DNA of 64,000 bases, from assembly GCF_000315625.1 (NCBI RefSeq), contig NW_005434655.1:884259-948258 (forward strand), read 5' to 3'. The stretch comes from Guillardia theta CCMP2712. Lineage: Eukaryota > Protista > Cryptophyta. Position numbers and translations under genes: made by a program. Positions 36,888 to 49,623 of the stretch are shown one piece after another; within the stretch, counting starts at the first letter, position 1; each line of letters begins with the position of its first letter. The notes beneath the pieces were generated by a model, which made no database searches, was not told the origin of the DNA, and saw only the letters and a list, made by a program, of their open reading frames with translations.

Positions 36888-37356
36888 GAGCTGGGAACGA
36901 GCTGATCTCCCCTTCCTCGGCCTGTTCTCATATCCTCAACCATCGTCGCCGCCTTGTTCGCTCCGGGATCCCTCCGGTCTTCATAGGGAACAGAGGGGCG
37001 CAGCAGGAGCACAGCTGTCGGGCCCGCCTCAATTGAATCTCGTAAAAAACCAAACTGACGGCGCACCGTGACCGTCATTCAATGATTCATAACCTTGGTG
37101 AAGTAGTTCAGGACGGTACGCCGGGACATCCGGAGAGTCGAGGAGGCTTGACCCTGACACTGTCGCACAGGCCAAACGGCGAGAAGAGACAAGACAGTCC
37201 CCATGGTTCTGCCCCGGCCTTTTGATGGAGTACAATATTCAGTATATTACAAGTCAATCACAAATACCCAGGAGTGCTAATAGATCGGACACATAGTAGG
37301 GCTGATCTATCCAATGCAGCCTGGAGACGGAAACCGATGTTTGGAATCACAGACAA

Positions 37357-38748
37357 TCAACTACAAGAGCGCGTCAAATCCATGAGTTGCTCTTCATAGT
37401 CTCCCACTCTTTGCCAGATCTGATGAGTCATTTGCAATTCGTTGCGGTCATTCAGCAAAAGTCCAGCATAGTGACATTGATCCTTGGTGAAGATCGCAGT
37501 CTGATTGTGCACAATAGTAAAGGATTTCTTCTCCTCGTCGAATTGGAGGTATCTTTCGGTAATGTGCAGCTCTGTTGGAGGAGCATCGTAATGAACGAGG
37601 TAGGAGGCATACAAGCCCGGGCAGCAAGGATGAGGGTACGGGGTTCCATCCAGCTTAATTCTGAAAGCTTCGTGCCACTCTGTCTCAAAGACATCCAAAT
37701 ATTTGGGAAGCTTCAGCTTCACGTGCACCACCGAGTAAACGATGTTGTCTTGATCTGCTTCATGAGAGACATGAATCTGGAGCATTCGCTGGAGAAGAAA
37801 CTCTTTCACGCATTTGAATCTTGTAAGAACACTTTCCAGCGCCATCTTGGCCTCGCTAGTCTCCATCATTTTTGAGATTGAGGCGGTCAAGACAGCTGAA
37901 ACCGCCCCAAAAGTCTTCTGCATCATTTGAAAGCTGGTCTGCAAGGAGCAACTCGACGAGATAGGATCGAACATGAGTACCCCGGAGACTTCCCTCAAAT
38001 GATCTCCATTCCACATCTTAACAGGCCATTCTGGTTGCGCCAGGAAATCTTCAACATGCACAAAAACTTGATTCGCAGCTCTGTCGAGGTATATCCTTAG
38101 TCGTTTCTTTGCGCTGCGCAAACCAATACCGCTAGCGACAAGCATTCGGCAGCATATTTCCACGTGGTCGCTGTCTTTGAGAGTAGCAATTCCATTCAAA
38201 AACACCGTGACGTCGGTTGAATTGAGAAAATGATGGAAATATTGATTTTCAATCGCAAGATCACAATTCTTGACTTGCGTCACTTGGTGCACAGGTTCGC
38301 TGGCTGATTTTGTTCTAAGCTTACCATCTTCAAGATCCGAAACCACCAGAAGAAAATGCGACTTGCTTGATAGAAGGCCATTGTATATGTCATTCTGGGT
38401 GAGAACCGTTTCAGGTAACTTGATCGTTTTAGGGATCGTTGTGCTCGAAGATGATGCAGCTTGATCGCTGCCCTCCGGCGTAGTTGAGAGCGCTAGAACA
38501 TGTCGCTTTGCGTCTTGGAGAAGTTGCAACCAGGTACGACCAGCCTTGAACATACCAATTTTCAACTCAACTTCATCAAAGTTTGGAACCAGACTATCAA
38601 GTTTCTTCTGCAGGTCTCTCGTCCTGCCTCGCTGTGCTTTCTTGCTCGATGCGCTTTCTTTGTATTTAAGAAGCTGGTTTGGGTTTACTCCCATCCGAAG
38701 ATGATGGGAAGAAGATTGGTTAGAGCCTTGTCCTAGATTGTATTGCAT
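37357..38748 (-). CDS. Intronless bHLH-like transcription factor with a possible PAS-like domain
   Basis: SKKAQRGRTRDLQKKLDSLVP..RTWLQLLQDAKRHVLAL fits a basic helix-loop-helix pattern; the downstream HFLLVVSD..QYFHHFLNSTDVTVFL segment is PAS-like. Confidence 0.55.
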   Translation of the reverse strand: MQYNLGQGSNQSSSHHLRMGVNPNQLLKYKESASSKKAQRGRTRDLQKKLDSLVPNFDEVELKIGMFKAGRTWLQLLQDAKRHVLALSTTPEGSDQAASSSSTTIPKTIKLPETVLTQNDIYNGLLSSKSHFLLVVSDLEDGKLRTKSASEPVHQVTQVKNCDLAIENQYFHHFLNSTDVTVFLNGIATLKDSDHVEICCRMLVASGIGLRSAKKRLRIYLDRAANQVFVHVEDFLAQPEWPVKMWNGDHLREVSGVLMFDPISSSCSLQTSFQMMQKTFGAVSAVLTASISKMMETSEAKMALESVLTRFKCVKEFLLQRMLQIHVSHEADQDNIVYSVVHVKLKLPKYLDVFETEWHEAFRIKLDGTPYPHPCCPGLYASYLVHYDAPPTELHITERYLQFDEEKKSFTIVHNQTAIFTKDQCHYAGLLLNDRNELQMTHQIWQRVGDYEEQLMDLTRSCS

Positions 38749-40344
38749 CGTTTCTGTAAACTCAACCGAAGACTGGGCTCATTCGCGGTTTAGTTCAGTT
38801 CTTTCGAGTTAGGGAATGAGATCACGCTCAAGATGGTGGCCGAGTGAGCGTAGTGAGATGGAAGGGAGGGTATGAAGCGACAGGAACAAAGTGCGAGTCA
38901 GATCGACGAGATTCGCAAAACCCAGAGGTGGGCGCTGCAGGGAGGCACGGGGGGGGGCACGGGACGAACGTAGAGGGCAGGCGCAACAGGAATCCAGTGG
39001 GTGGGGTAGTGACGAATTGACCGGTGCGGCAGGTAATATCACATCCATTGGCTCAGAAGTAGGGGTTAAACAACCTCGGAGTATGGGTATAATCGAACCA
39101 ATTAGCGTCTCCGAGGGGTGGGTGATCAAAATTGTGGTTGATGGTAGCGAGCCAGGGGTATTTGGGGAAAACCTGGTGGAGGAACATACCGTATTGGACG
39201 GTGAAACACGGGGAAAGCAGGGGGTGGGTGCGCCATGGGTCAAAAAAATTGAGTGAGTAGGGGTGGTTGTACTGTATGTCGTGACCATGTTTTTTAAAAT
39301 CTAAGCAGAGGAAAGGACATGGTGTTGCTGTAGTACCGGGTACTGCCCGTGACCCGCTGTCTCCCACGATATGCACTATTAATTATAAGGGTGGGGTTAT
39401 CTGATTCATGGTCCCAGACATGTAGGGTCCTGCTCAAAGGCTAGAAGTAGTTGTAAAGGCTGACTCTATCAGAATTTTTTTTCGTCAGGAAGTCGAGTAA
39501 ACGTGAAGCGATGCGATCCCATGCTACAGATCGCATCGCTTTCTACTTCACTGGGAGTAAATGAAAAGACCCACCCCCTCAATCGTGGAGATGAGAGGGG
39601 TTATCAGTAGGTACGCATTTACCCGCCCTCAGCCATATGTTTTCATATGTTATAAATTTCTAGGGTTAATTTGAATTTATAGTTTACAAATCTTGCTTCC
39701 AACCATTGTGGCCGGGCATTTTGGATTGGACATCGGTCACGGAGCGAGCCCGACCCTTTTAAAAAGTCCACGAAGGGGTGGGGTAGGGACATGAGGACAT
39801 GCGATGGAAAAAAAAATGGTCCGTGAGATGTCTCTGTGGATCACGAGGGGACAGGGGCAGCGGTCGGAGCACTACCCCTGTATCATTATGATAAAATAGG
39901 GGTGGTCTGAGGAGCACGATACCGACGGGCAAAAGGGTTCTATGTTTTACTCGTTTCAGCCCGTGCCCGGTCGAGTTTAAAATACGTTTTCATCACCGTT
40001 ACTGGCAGTTATTTGGCCTTCTTGTTGTGCTGCGCTCAAAGTTTTAAGCTAAAAATGAGAACTTTGAGTAAAAGAACAATCAACCACCCCTCATCCCCTC
40101 TCCCCCATCGCTGTCCCCCAAAACTTGACTTAAAATTAGACCTTGTGAACTTTACAGCAGCCACAGCAGCCTTGGTAGTGTGATCATCGGATATCGGAAC
40201 TTGCGGGGCCCGGAGTCGAGGGGCTTTGGAAACTAGGAAACTATGATGGTACGGTATGTCACAGTGTAAGTTGACCAGCCTCTCTCTCAGTAAGCCATGA
40301 TGCGGGTCCGAGGTCAGTCCGAGCGAGGGTCAGCTGAGCGCAGG

Positions 40345-43300
40345 CTAGTTTTCATTACGTACAGGTGGGCCTAAAGCAGCTGTGGTGCCATCGGATGCTA
40401 TCGGCGGCAAGCGATCAAGTTCCTCCAGTGTCACACCCGCCTCTGTGAGCTTGGAGAGCAAATATGCCTCCTCCAGCTCTTTGTTGCCTTGTAGCTGCAG
40501 CCTGCAAGCTGATGTCACTCGACGAGCATTGATAGCAAGGCGAGCTCAAACCTGTCCCACTCATAGAAAGGAATGGAGACAACAATCAGACCCTCTTGTC
40601 GAAGAATTTTCTCTTTCCATCTCGACTCTGTAGCAGGCCAGTGAGATCAGAACAACGGAAATCGCACGAGCTCAAGCGCCGGCTACCAATCGATCGCACA
40701 TAGCGGAAAGAGTCTCCGTCGGCCACTCGGTTGAAATGCATGGGCCCATCAACCTTGAGAAAGCTCTGAGCTGAGAGCAACTAGTCTGTTCCCTCCCTCC
40801 TTACCTCAACCGCCACAATGGCTTTCTTGTTCTTGAAGAGGACGATGTCAATGAGGAAGATCCCGCTCAAGAACTGCGCCAAAGCAGTGACAACCGTGAT
40901 CACGGAGGCAAGGCAAGTCAGACTTACTCTATACTCCATGCTGTGAGAGAATCGCATTCCTTGTAGACAAGAAGAGACGCCTCTGTCACGAGGAGCCGTA
41001 AGCCGGCGCACAAGCTTGCATGCAGAGAAACCTGTGTGTGACAGAGGAAGGGGGCAGCTTTCTTTCCTTCCAGGTCGCTCCAAGTTTCTTGAGCACCTTC
41101 ACACGGGTCACTTCAAGTTCTCCAGGACGGCATAATCATCTGACCTGTCTCAGCTGTCCATCATGTTTCTCTGATTTCCGTAATGGCGAAACTGCGACTA
41201 GAGCCTGAAGAGATGCGTCAATGTTTCCAGCAGCTCCTCTACATGCGCTCACTTGTGCTATCTGGGTAAGATTGGCTGCTCGACATTCGTCCAACCTTGC
41301 AAAGATGGGCTCTAGCAGCAACTCGATGTAATCAAGCCGCTCTCTGGCATGCAGCATTAGCTCCTTCCTCCTTCCCTCCTCCTTCCCTGCCCTTCATCCT
41401 CTCTCATTCCTCCTCCCTCTTCCCTCGCGGTTTCTATCTCTTCTTCTGTGCTCTTTGATCCCCATCCGCCCCTTTCCCTCCACTCTTGTCCATTTTCTTG
41501 GTTACCTCCCCAAGACCACGTGAATCCATAACAAGCTTGACAGGTCATCAATATCCCCTTTGCTCAGCTGCCTATTTTAACAGTCAGGGAGAAACGAATG
41601 GACTGTCGAAGAGGTTCAACAAGGTAGCGATATAGTCTTCGAGAACATGCATGTGAGAGAATTCCTGCATGTCCGTCAGTTACAAGCGCTTAATCCAGCA
41701 TCTTGAGCTCACGTTCTCAGCTTTCATACAACTCCATGACAGCGAGGAGACGGATGAAAGATCCCAGCCGGAGCGTTTCAGCCATCCCTCTACCCGGCAA
41801 GCGTAAGGTGTGTCCGAACAGGACCGGAAGTTTCCTACCTTCAAGAAAGAGACGAAAGCACTTGTCTTGGATCACTCTCGCACCTTTGTAGCAGCCGCTC
41901 ACTGTGAATGCCCTGAAGCATTTTTCAGTTTCTTCTTGCTCACTGATTTGTTTCCTCCCCTCCGATGCGCTTGGCCCTCGCTAATCCGCTTGCCGTCTTT
42001 GCGTGAACCTTCCCTCCCTCCCTTCTGTGGCTCCCTCCCTCATGTTCTTTGTGGCTCCCTCCCTCATGTTCTTTGTGGCTCCCTCCCTCATGTTCTTTGT
42101 GGCTCCCTCCCTTATGCTCCTTCTTCGACTTGCCATCTATTGTTTCATCTCGGCTCTGCCTTTCAGCCTCGAACCTCTTTTGCTCGCCTCTTTCTCTCTC
42201 CTTTCTCTTTCTTATCCTCCTCCTCGGCTTTCAACTCGGTTGAGCCTCCTGCATTACCAGATCGCCTTTGTGAGTTCAGAAGGAGAGAAATTCTTGAATT
42301 CTCTGCGGTTGGGGTGAGAGCGAGAAGTGGGAGTGAAGCTGGCGATGCAAGAGGAGGACGAGAAGAACGAAGAGGAAGCCCTAAACCCTAAACCCAAAGG
42401 CGCTTTAGGCTGACCTTCTGCTGAATTCAGCAATTAGGAGCTCAAGGATCGTCATGGAAGAAGGCGAGCTGTAGAAGAGAGTGAGCAGTTCCAGCTTGAC
42501 TGAGCGTGCCATCACCGAAGGTAGACGATAGTCCAAGCGATCGCACAGAGACTCTGACGTGAGAGAGGGGAAAGGGGACGACGGAACGGAACAGGAATGT
42601 CAGAATGAGCAATGTTTCTTGAACGTGATTACCTTATTCGACACCTTTGACGTAGACTTTGCTTGTAGGATGCACGATGAAATCAGCTGCACCATCTCTA
42701 CTTTGATAGACTTGGATGGAAGCTAAAGAGCTACTTAGTGGACAAGAGGGAGCGAGAGGAGGAGGAGGAGGAGGAGAAACGATAGTGAAAATGCACAAGA
42801 TCGACTTTCACCTTAAGGATATTGACCAGAAGTCTGCTGCAGGTTTCGAGGTCCCACACCCTTTGCATCCTCTTTAGAGCCCGTCCACTACAACGATTCG
42901 AATCACCTTTTCTTCGATCCAGAGTCGCACGATCGGAGGCAGTCTATGAGGAGGGTAAAGAATTTTCTCCCTGCCGTTTGAATTCCGTGGTCATCCTCGG
43001 CTTCTCCAACGTCATGCAGCTCTTGCTCTCTACTCCTGCGGTACAAGGTTCATCGATGCAATGGGGTTGGAAGGGAGCAACTTGTCCATGCCATCCGATT
43101 TTTCCAGCTCCACGTCATCCATCTTGACCACGTTGGAAGTTTGCTGAAACGTCGCAAACAGCGAGAAAGATCTTGTTAGGATGCAAAGGCTGTGATTGTT
43201 GAATTGATCCATCCCTCGGTCAAGGATTTCCTGCCTCAGAGTTTAGCCTGCCCTTCGTCTTTCTGACCTGCTTTGCACCTGCTCGATTGAACTCACAAAT

Positions 43301-45010
43301 GACTCCTTTGCGAAGCCTGTCGACGTGTAGGACCTGTACAACGGTCAACTGACAGAACATCTGTGTTCTCTGCACCATAAAATCACTGAAAGTCCTTGTT
43401 CGTTAAACTTATGCAGCCCTCGTTTTGTAATCTGATCATGGAGGAATAAGCGGAGGAAAGGACGGGGGGGAGGAGGAGGAGGAGATGGAGATGGAGATGA
43501 GGGGGGAAGAGGAGGAAAAGGAGGAGGAAGGAAGAGGGGGAGGGGGGGAGGGGGGGAGGGGGTGGAGGAGGAGGAAGGAGGAGGAGGAGGAAGAGAAGGG
43601 GATTTCGACCTCCTCTTCGCTGACTTCAAACAGGCTCTTAAAATTCTCACTGCGTACACCAATAGTCGCAACCGCCCAGAGGACGTTGCCGATACCCTTG
43701 ACCGAGTCAACAGATGAACTGATTGTGCGGAGAGACTTTTCACCTGCTCACTGAAAATTGAAATGCGAGGGCTCAAAATGCGCTGAGCAGATTCGACAGA
43801 CTGAAAGGAGTTCTTCTTTCGCGCCTGTTGGAGCTGTATGCAGGGAGCAAGCAAATGCTCCTGGAGTGAATCGTCAGGTGCTTCTAAGGTTGATCAGGCA
43901 AACAGGCGCAAAAACACAAGAGCAAGGTTCTATTCTCATTGTGGAAATGTGTTGAACATCATTTCATACCTGAAACTTCAACAGCACTGCGTCGGAGGTG
44001 AAGCCCACTGTAGCGAAGGCCCACAGAATGTTGCTGAGGGACTGCAAGGCAGTTAGGGAGATGCAAGAAGCAACAGCATGAGCACTTGAGTAGTGAAGAG
44101 CTGTAGGTTCATCTTCAACAAATCCTTCTCCAGTCTGAGAGCAAATGCGGTCACGATAAGGCAGAGGTACGGGGCGTTCTATTTACCGAGCAAACAACTT
44201 CTTGTTTGGAATGTTGAAACAGGCGAAAGACCATGCGAGACTTCCAATGGACTGCGAATAGAGTAAGGTAAACTGTCGTCTTTCATACTTGCAGTCATAG
44301 AGATGATTTCGAATCTGTACTTACCACATGCCGGAAGTACATGAAGCCGAGAGTGATCAAGTGATCTCGGAGATAACGGATCAGCCCCAGAACATCGCTG
44401 TCTTGCAGGCGAAGCTTTGCAAGTGCATGAGCAAGAAGAGGAATGATGTCTATATCAAGCTCTTCTCCCCCTTTCAACACTCTCTGATTGATTCCCCTAA
44501 CCAAAGCCACGCACATCGATTTTTCTTTTTCTGAAAGTTGCGCCGGGGCCTGCAGGAATGTTCATGAAAATGAGGGGAGAAAAGCGGCGGCGATGTTACA
44601 GATACCTGCAAGCGCGACATTTTCTGCAAGGCATGCACACCATCTGAAAGACTCAGAGCCAGACCTTTGCTTCGGAGAGCTTGAAGGACATCGAAAAGAT
44701 CCTCCGAGCTTGTCACCTCGTTGATCTGCTCGCGGACGCTCTCGCAGTGGTCATCGCAGCCCTGCTGAAAGGACAGGAGCCTCGGCTGCTGCCAGGAGGT
44801 GCTCCAGGGCCGACGAGACCTCAGTTGCTTCACCGGCAGCCAGGGGATTGTTTCTCCTTTACTCAGACACGAAGTTGAGAAGTTGAGAGCAAATCGGTTC
44901 GACCTGCTCGACTTGTTGCGATTCAGCTGCACTACGACATGATTGCACCTGCTGTTGATGACATTCCCACAATTCAGCGCAAGCCTGCGGCCATGAAATA
45001 CGCATGCCAT
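40345..45010 (-). CDS. Helical-repeat (OPR/FAST-like) protein with C-terminal RAP domain; likely organellar RNA-binding; many exons
   Basis: Repeats LAHALAKL, LAWSFA and AANLTQIAQ; RAP motif IDIVLFKNKKAIVAVE|VDGPMHF split by an intron at ~40755-40805. An intron at ~41903-42413 links the two halves. Confidence 0.65.
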
Positions 45011-46123
45011 GACCCGTTAGTTCATGCCTTCAAACCCAGCATGTGATTGTTTCCATGCATGTTTGTGCCAAATTATCCGCCACTGAAGGCGAAGAGAAGG
45101 GAGAAATGTTGAAGCTAGCCGTGTTTTGACCACTAAGACTTACAAGATTCAGTTAATTGAGCGCGTGTCGGGCAGCCCATGGCTGATCCAGCCCCTCGAT
45201 CATCGGGTTACCCTCATGCATCCTTCAGTGCATGATCAGCCTTTGATTATCTTGAAGCATCGCAATGCACCGCGACTCTTCTTGCTTTGATGTTCTCCAT
45301 ATTCCTCCTCCTCCTCTACAGCCACCTCTGTGCGAGTCAGCAGCTCAGAACTCGCTTATGTCACCATCTCGCACATGTCGCAGGGTTGTCGCACCCTGCC
45401 AGGCTGTTGTCGCGGGGTGCAAAGGACTTGGGCGCCGGGCCGGCGGCCGCCGCCCGGCCCGGGCCGGGGGGCGGCCCCGGCGTACTGAGGCCCCCCGGCC
45501 CGGCCCCGGCCGGTACGGTCGGATGCGTTGGGCTCCGACTCGGGCAACCGGCGCCGGCGGATGCCGGGCCGGACGCTGCCAGGAGGCTCTCCGAGGGTCA
45601 GGCGGTGACGGAGCACTGGCAAGTTTGTTAGACTTGTACTGTCAGTGTGCCAAAGCAATGCCGTAGACCGGACGGACACTGATCGGCATCATATCGACCA
45701 AGTTAGTTGACGCCCAACAAGACAGTCACAAGTTTTGCTCAAAACCGAGTTTAATGCACTGTGCCACGAACTGACCAGAATTGAGGAGAGCATGAGAGAT
45801 AGACTGTATGCTAGGATGCATAATGTTCAGCGCCGTACTCGGTAGTAACAGGCTCGGCTGCTATCTCGGACTGGCACGGCTGTCATGCGACAAGTTTGTG
45901 AGAGTTTGCTGGACGCCGGCCCGCCCACTGCCGTGCCGCCCGGCACCGCCCAGGCCGCGGGCACGGACTCCGTGCCGCCCGGCCGCCGGGTGTCAGTGTG
46001 CCAGTGTAATAGCCTTGAATTGGCCCTGAGCCTCCGAGGCTCACTGACTCGTATGAAAGTTGTTTTGATTCACCGGACTTCCAAGGCGCCAAGTTTCGAC
46101 AGTTTTCAAGCCTAGGCCCGTTC

Positions 46124-47178
46124 AAGTTTGCAAAAAATTCATTACTGTATCATAAACAAAAAAGTTACTGCATGATTTGTAGCTGCTCGTAGCATCTTGC
46201 TTTCAATGCCATCAAAAAGACCCCAATTCCTCCACGGGTATACAACTCGTAAGCAGTTTCAATTGTGGTTGGCGCCCGAGTCTTACCATCCGTGTTTTGG
46301 ATAGTAGTCTTGATGACGTCCATGGGATACACTGGGAGCCAACACGCACATCCGCTGAGAGCGCCAGCCAGGAGAGGAGCAAACATGCCAAGACCTTGAA
46401 TTACCTGTTGATTCATCAATTGTGAATAAATGACGAAGTAAATTCCATAGGATGGAGTCTCCCGCAGTATTGTGGGTCCAAGTCCTCGAAACAGAAAGCC
46501 TTTGATTCCATCTGATCCAATGATAATGCGAGCACATTCTAGTTCAGATTTGTAAGTTCCTTTCTCAGCAGCTTGACACATGATTTTGATTCTCTCTATC
46601 GGATTTACAAGAAAAGATGTCACAAAACCTGAAAATAATGCAGCACAGGTGAGTTGTGCCAAAGGAGACAGGCTTGCAAACATAGAAGTCATCTTTTCTG
46701 CGTCCAGCGCAGCACTATTTGCCGAAAATGCGACAGCTTTAATGAATGCCTGGCCAACCATCATGGTAGAAACTCCCCCATAGAATCCACCAAGGCCTTC
46801 TGTTTTCAGTACTTGGATGATGATTTGCTTCATGCCCACTCCCCTTGCCTGATCCTCCTTTCCTTGTCCAAAAGAATACACTTGTGCTTTCGTTTTGAGG
46901 GTATCGAAAGGAAATGCAGCACCTACCCCGACCGCACCTCCTAAGGAACCAGCTACAAGCGCTGCTAAGGCTGGAGGAATGGCCATGCGTATGGTTTGAA
47001 CACACCCTTTCTTTCTTGCTTCCCTATGAATTCTTGGCAATCCTCCAATATGATTTGTTTTCATCGAAATGGATGTCGAAGAAGAGATAGACGAAATGTA
47101 ACCCGGTAAACAGAGGGCTTGAATTGCTTCGGGAAGGAATAAGGCAGACGCCAGAAGGAGCATCAAATTTGCCTTCAT
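46124..47178 (-). CDS. Mitochondrial carrier family (SLC25) protein with N-terminal signal + transit-like peptide
   Basis: Three PxD/ExxK signatures: PFDTLKTK, PIERIKIM, PMDVIKTT. Leader MKANLMLLLASALFLPEAIQALC. The last helix is restored by two homopolymer corrections. Confidence 0.9.
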
Positions 47179-48269
47179 GGTCCTTCGTTTAGACGACAGC
47201 AATCTACACAAACATTTCAGAGCGACTTCGATATGCTTCACCTTCCCCATCAATATGCGTCACCTCCCCAAATTCCGTACCGCACAGATGTACATTCCAT
47301 TTCAAGATGCGACTTAAGTATTATCAGCCCCTCCGGACATGCATCGCATCAAACAGGTGTAGAGACAGTTTCTCAAATATGTCTTAAACTTCTCAACCAT
47401 CGCTCATCGCAGCTTCGCTTACGCTAAGCTATCCTCCCTTGTGCTTCTATCACTGCTATTTGCGAACGCTTTGCTTGCTTGTACCATTCAAACTCCATTA
47501 CTCTACATCGAGCTTTCTTTCCATCCCCACATCCTTGGTAGAACCTCCCCGATCCCCCACGCTTTCCCCCTCCTATATCCCACCCTACCCCACCCCACGC
47601 CACCCCACCCCCAGTCTCATCCACCCCCATTGCTTCATTCTATGGAAAAGCCACGCACCCACCCTCAGTGGGACACCACCCTTGAATTTTGTCAAGTACC
47701 AGAAATTTTCAGCAGCAATGACTGATAATAAAACATATTAAGTCTACAAAGAAAGATCTTTTGGTACCTCTTGCAGTACTGCTCTGCCATGATGATGAGT
47801 AAAACAGTGTACCACAGACATACAGAATATGGAGGCCTTCCCGCGGCCGCCCCGACGGGCCCGGCCGGGATTGTGATCGAGTCCTCTTGGTGGAGAGTCA
47901 GATCGTTGAGTAAAGTTGTGTTTGCCTGGCATTATTATAGTACCCCCTGTTGTCCCTGGCTTTGACCGTCAAATAACTAGCTACGAAGGGGTAGGGGTAC
48001 AATTCTGAACAGTAAAATACATATAAAAAACGAGGCCCCTGCGCAAGAATTGCTTCACTGATCGCTCACGTTTCAATCGTTTTTCTTGCTTCAATCTCGT
48101 CTTCGATCTCGTCTTCGATCTTGTCTTCGATCTTATCTTCGATCTTGTCTTTGGATCCAGGTCTCTCCAGACATCTCTTCATTTTCCGTAACAAAGATAT
48201 CGTGATACCTCGGCAACTGCTTGCCGCAACAGCATCGCTATCTGCAAGACCCGTGAACAGCAGACGAAA

Positions 48270-48623
48270 ATGTTCAAGAGCATGCGAAGGAAATCAGTAG
48301 CATGCCTCAAGTCCGAAGATCCTGAAAATCAAAAGCTTGACGCACCTCCATCAAAGCACTCTTCGATACGCCGCGCTTCAGCCGTTCCAGCTCCCTCAGA
48401 TTTCAATCCAACGAAACCAGAGCCATTGGAGACAAAAGTCGCAGAGGCCTCAAGGAAAAATCGGTACGGCTGCCCATCTAGGCTGAAGCAGCTGATATGC
48501 TTGGCAAAATCTGTAAAATTTATTCGAAGCGAGAGAAAAGTGCGTGATTCTAGCGGCAAAATATTGAACGTGGGAACTGGAGCGCTCGAAGAAAATGAAT
48601 TGACAGACGAGCAGCAGGGATGA
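48270..48623 (+). CDS. Small basic hypothetical protein (YGCPSRLKQL motif), paralog A
   Basis: 117-aa ORF sharing a ~35-aa block with ORF 49204-49623. Confidence 0.65.
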   Translation: MFKSMRRKSVACLKSEDPENQKLDAPPSKHSSIRRASAVPAPSDFNPTKPEPLETKVAEASRKNRYGCPSRLKQLICLAKSVKFIRSERKVRDSSGKILNVGTGALEENELTDEQQG

Positions 48624-49203
48624 GCTTTTCCAAAGGTCACCAGGAACTATTTCAAATTCGTTTCTCTACGAGGATCGACTATCAGTGCAATTTTGATGGA
48701 TGGCAATGGTCTTGGTGATTGTCAACCTAGGGAAAGAAATTTTGAGGCGGTCACTTAGTGCCTAGGTCTTGTTTGGTTAGTCCAATCAGTCATTCCAGCT
48801 TAACGAATCAAGCAATTACGTTCGTCAAGTCCTAAAACTCAGTAAGACTTAGACTGCCATCTATATATAGTAGCCTGTTTCCCTCTGAGTTCCGCGATTC
48901 AAATCATAGTCCAGGATACAGGAGAATCACACGATCATAGTAGTGAATCTATGGAAATGTGGGTAATTTTGAAGGTGATCTGTGAAATGTAAGCAGAAAT
49001 ATTGACTTCCTCTCATCGTTCCTATCTTGAATTCTTCAAGTCATGCACAATAGAGTTATGCTATCAAATTTGTCAGTCTGCTGACTTAAAAGTCATACAC
49101 AAATGAATGAAAAAATTCCTCAGTCCAATGTTGTGTCAAGAAATCAATATTTATTAAGAAAAGGAACATGATGAAAGATGGGAAATGAATTTTAGAAATC
49201 AAG

Positions 49204-49623
49204 CTAGCTCATAATCTCCTCCAAGAAACATGCTTTTGGTGCCTCTGAGACGGTGGCCGAAGCATGAATGTTTTTTTTTGACTTGATGTTCCTCACGGAC
49301 TTAGCCAAGCAGAGCAGCTGTTTGAGTCTTGATGGGCAACCATACTTGCTTCTTCTCGACGCCTCTTCTACTCTTTTTTCCAATTCTGCATGGTGGTTCG
49401 AATTGGTATCATCCTTATGCTGCACCAGCGAAGGTCGACGGCGATCACTTGAGTATACCACCTCTGATTCATTCAAAACCAACTCAGGCAAGGATGATCG
49501 TCTGAAAGTCGTTGAGGGTCTCATATTTGTCGAATGAATCATGTGTGCCTGCTTGCAAAATCCGGTTTCTATAACGTGCGAGGTACAGCAAGCCACAGCC
49601 TCCTTATGTAAGGATTGTGACAA
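49204..49623 (-). CDS. Small basic hypothetical protein (YGCPSRLKQL motif), paralog B
   Basis: LEKRVEEASRRSKYGCPSRLKQLLCLAKSVRNIKS; the true start may be an internal ATG (~49542 or ~49524). Confidence 0.65.
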   Translation of the reverse strand: MSQSLHKEAVACCTSHVIETGFCKQAHMIHSTNMRPSTTFRRSSLPELVLNESEVVYSSDRRRPSLVQHKDDTNSNHHAELEKRVEEASRRSKYGCPSRLKQLLCLAKSVRNIKSKKNIHASATVSEAPKACFLEEIMS

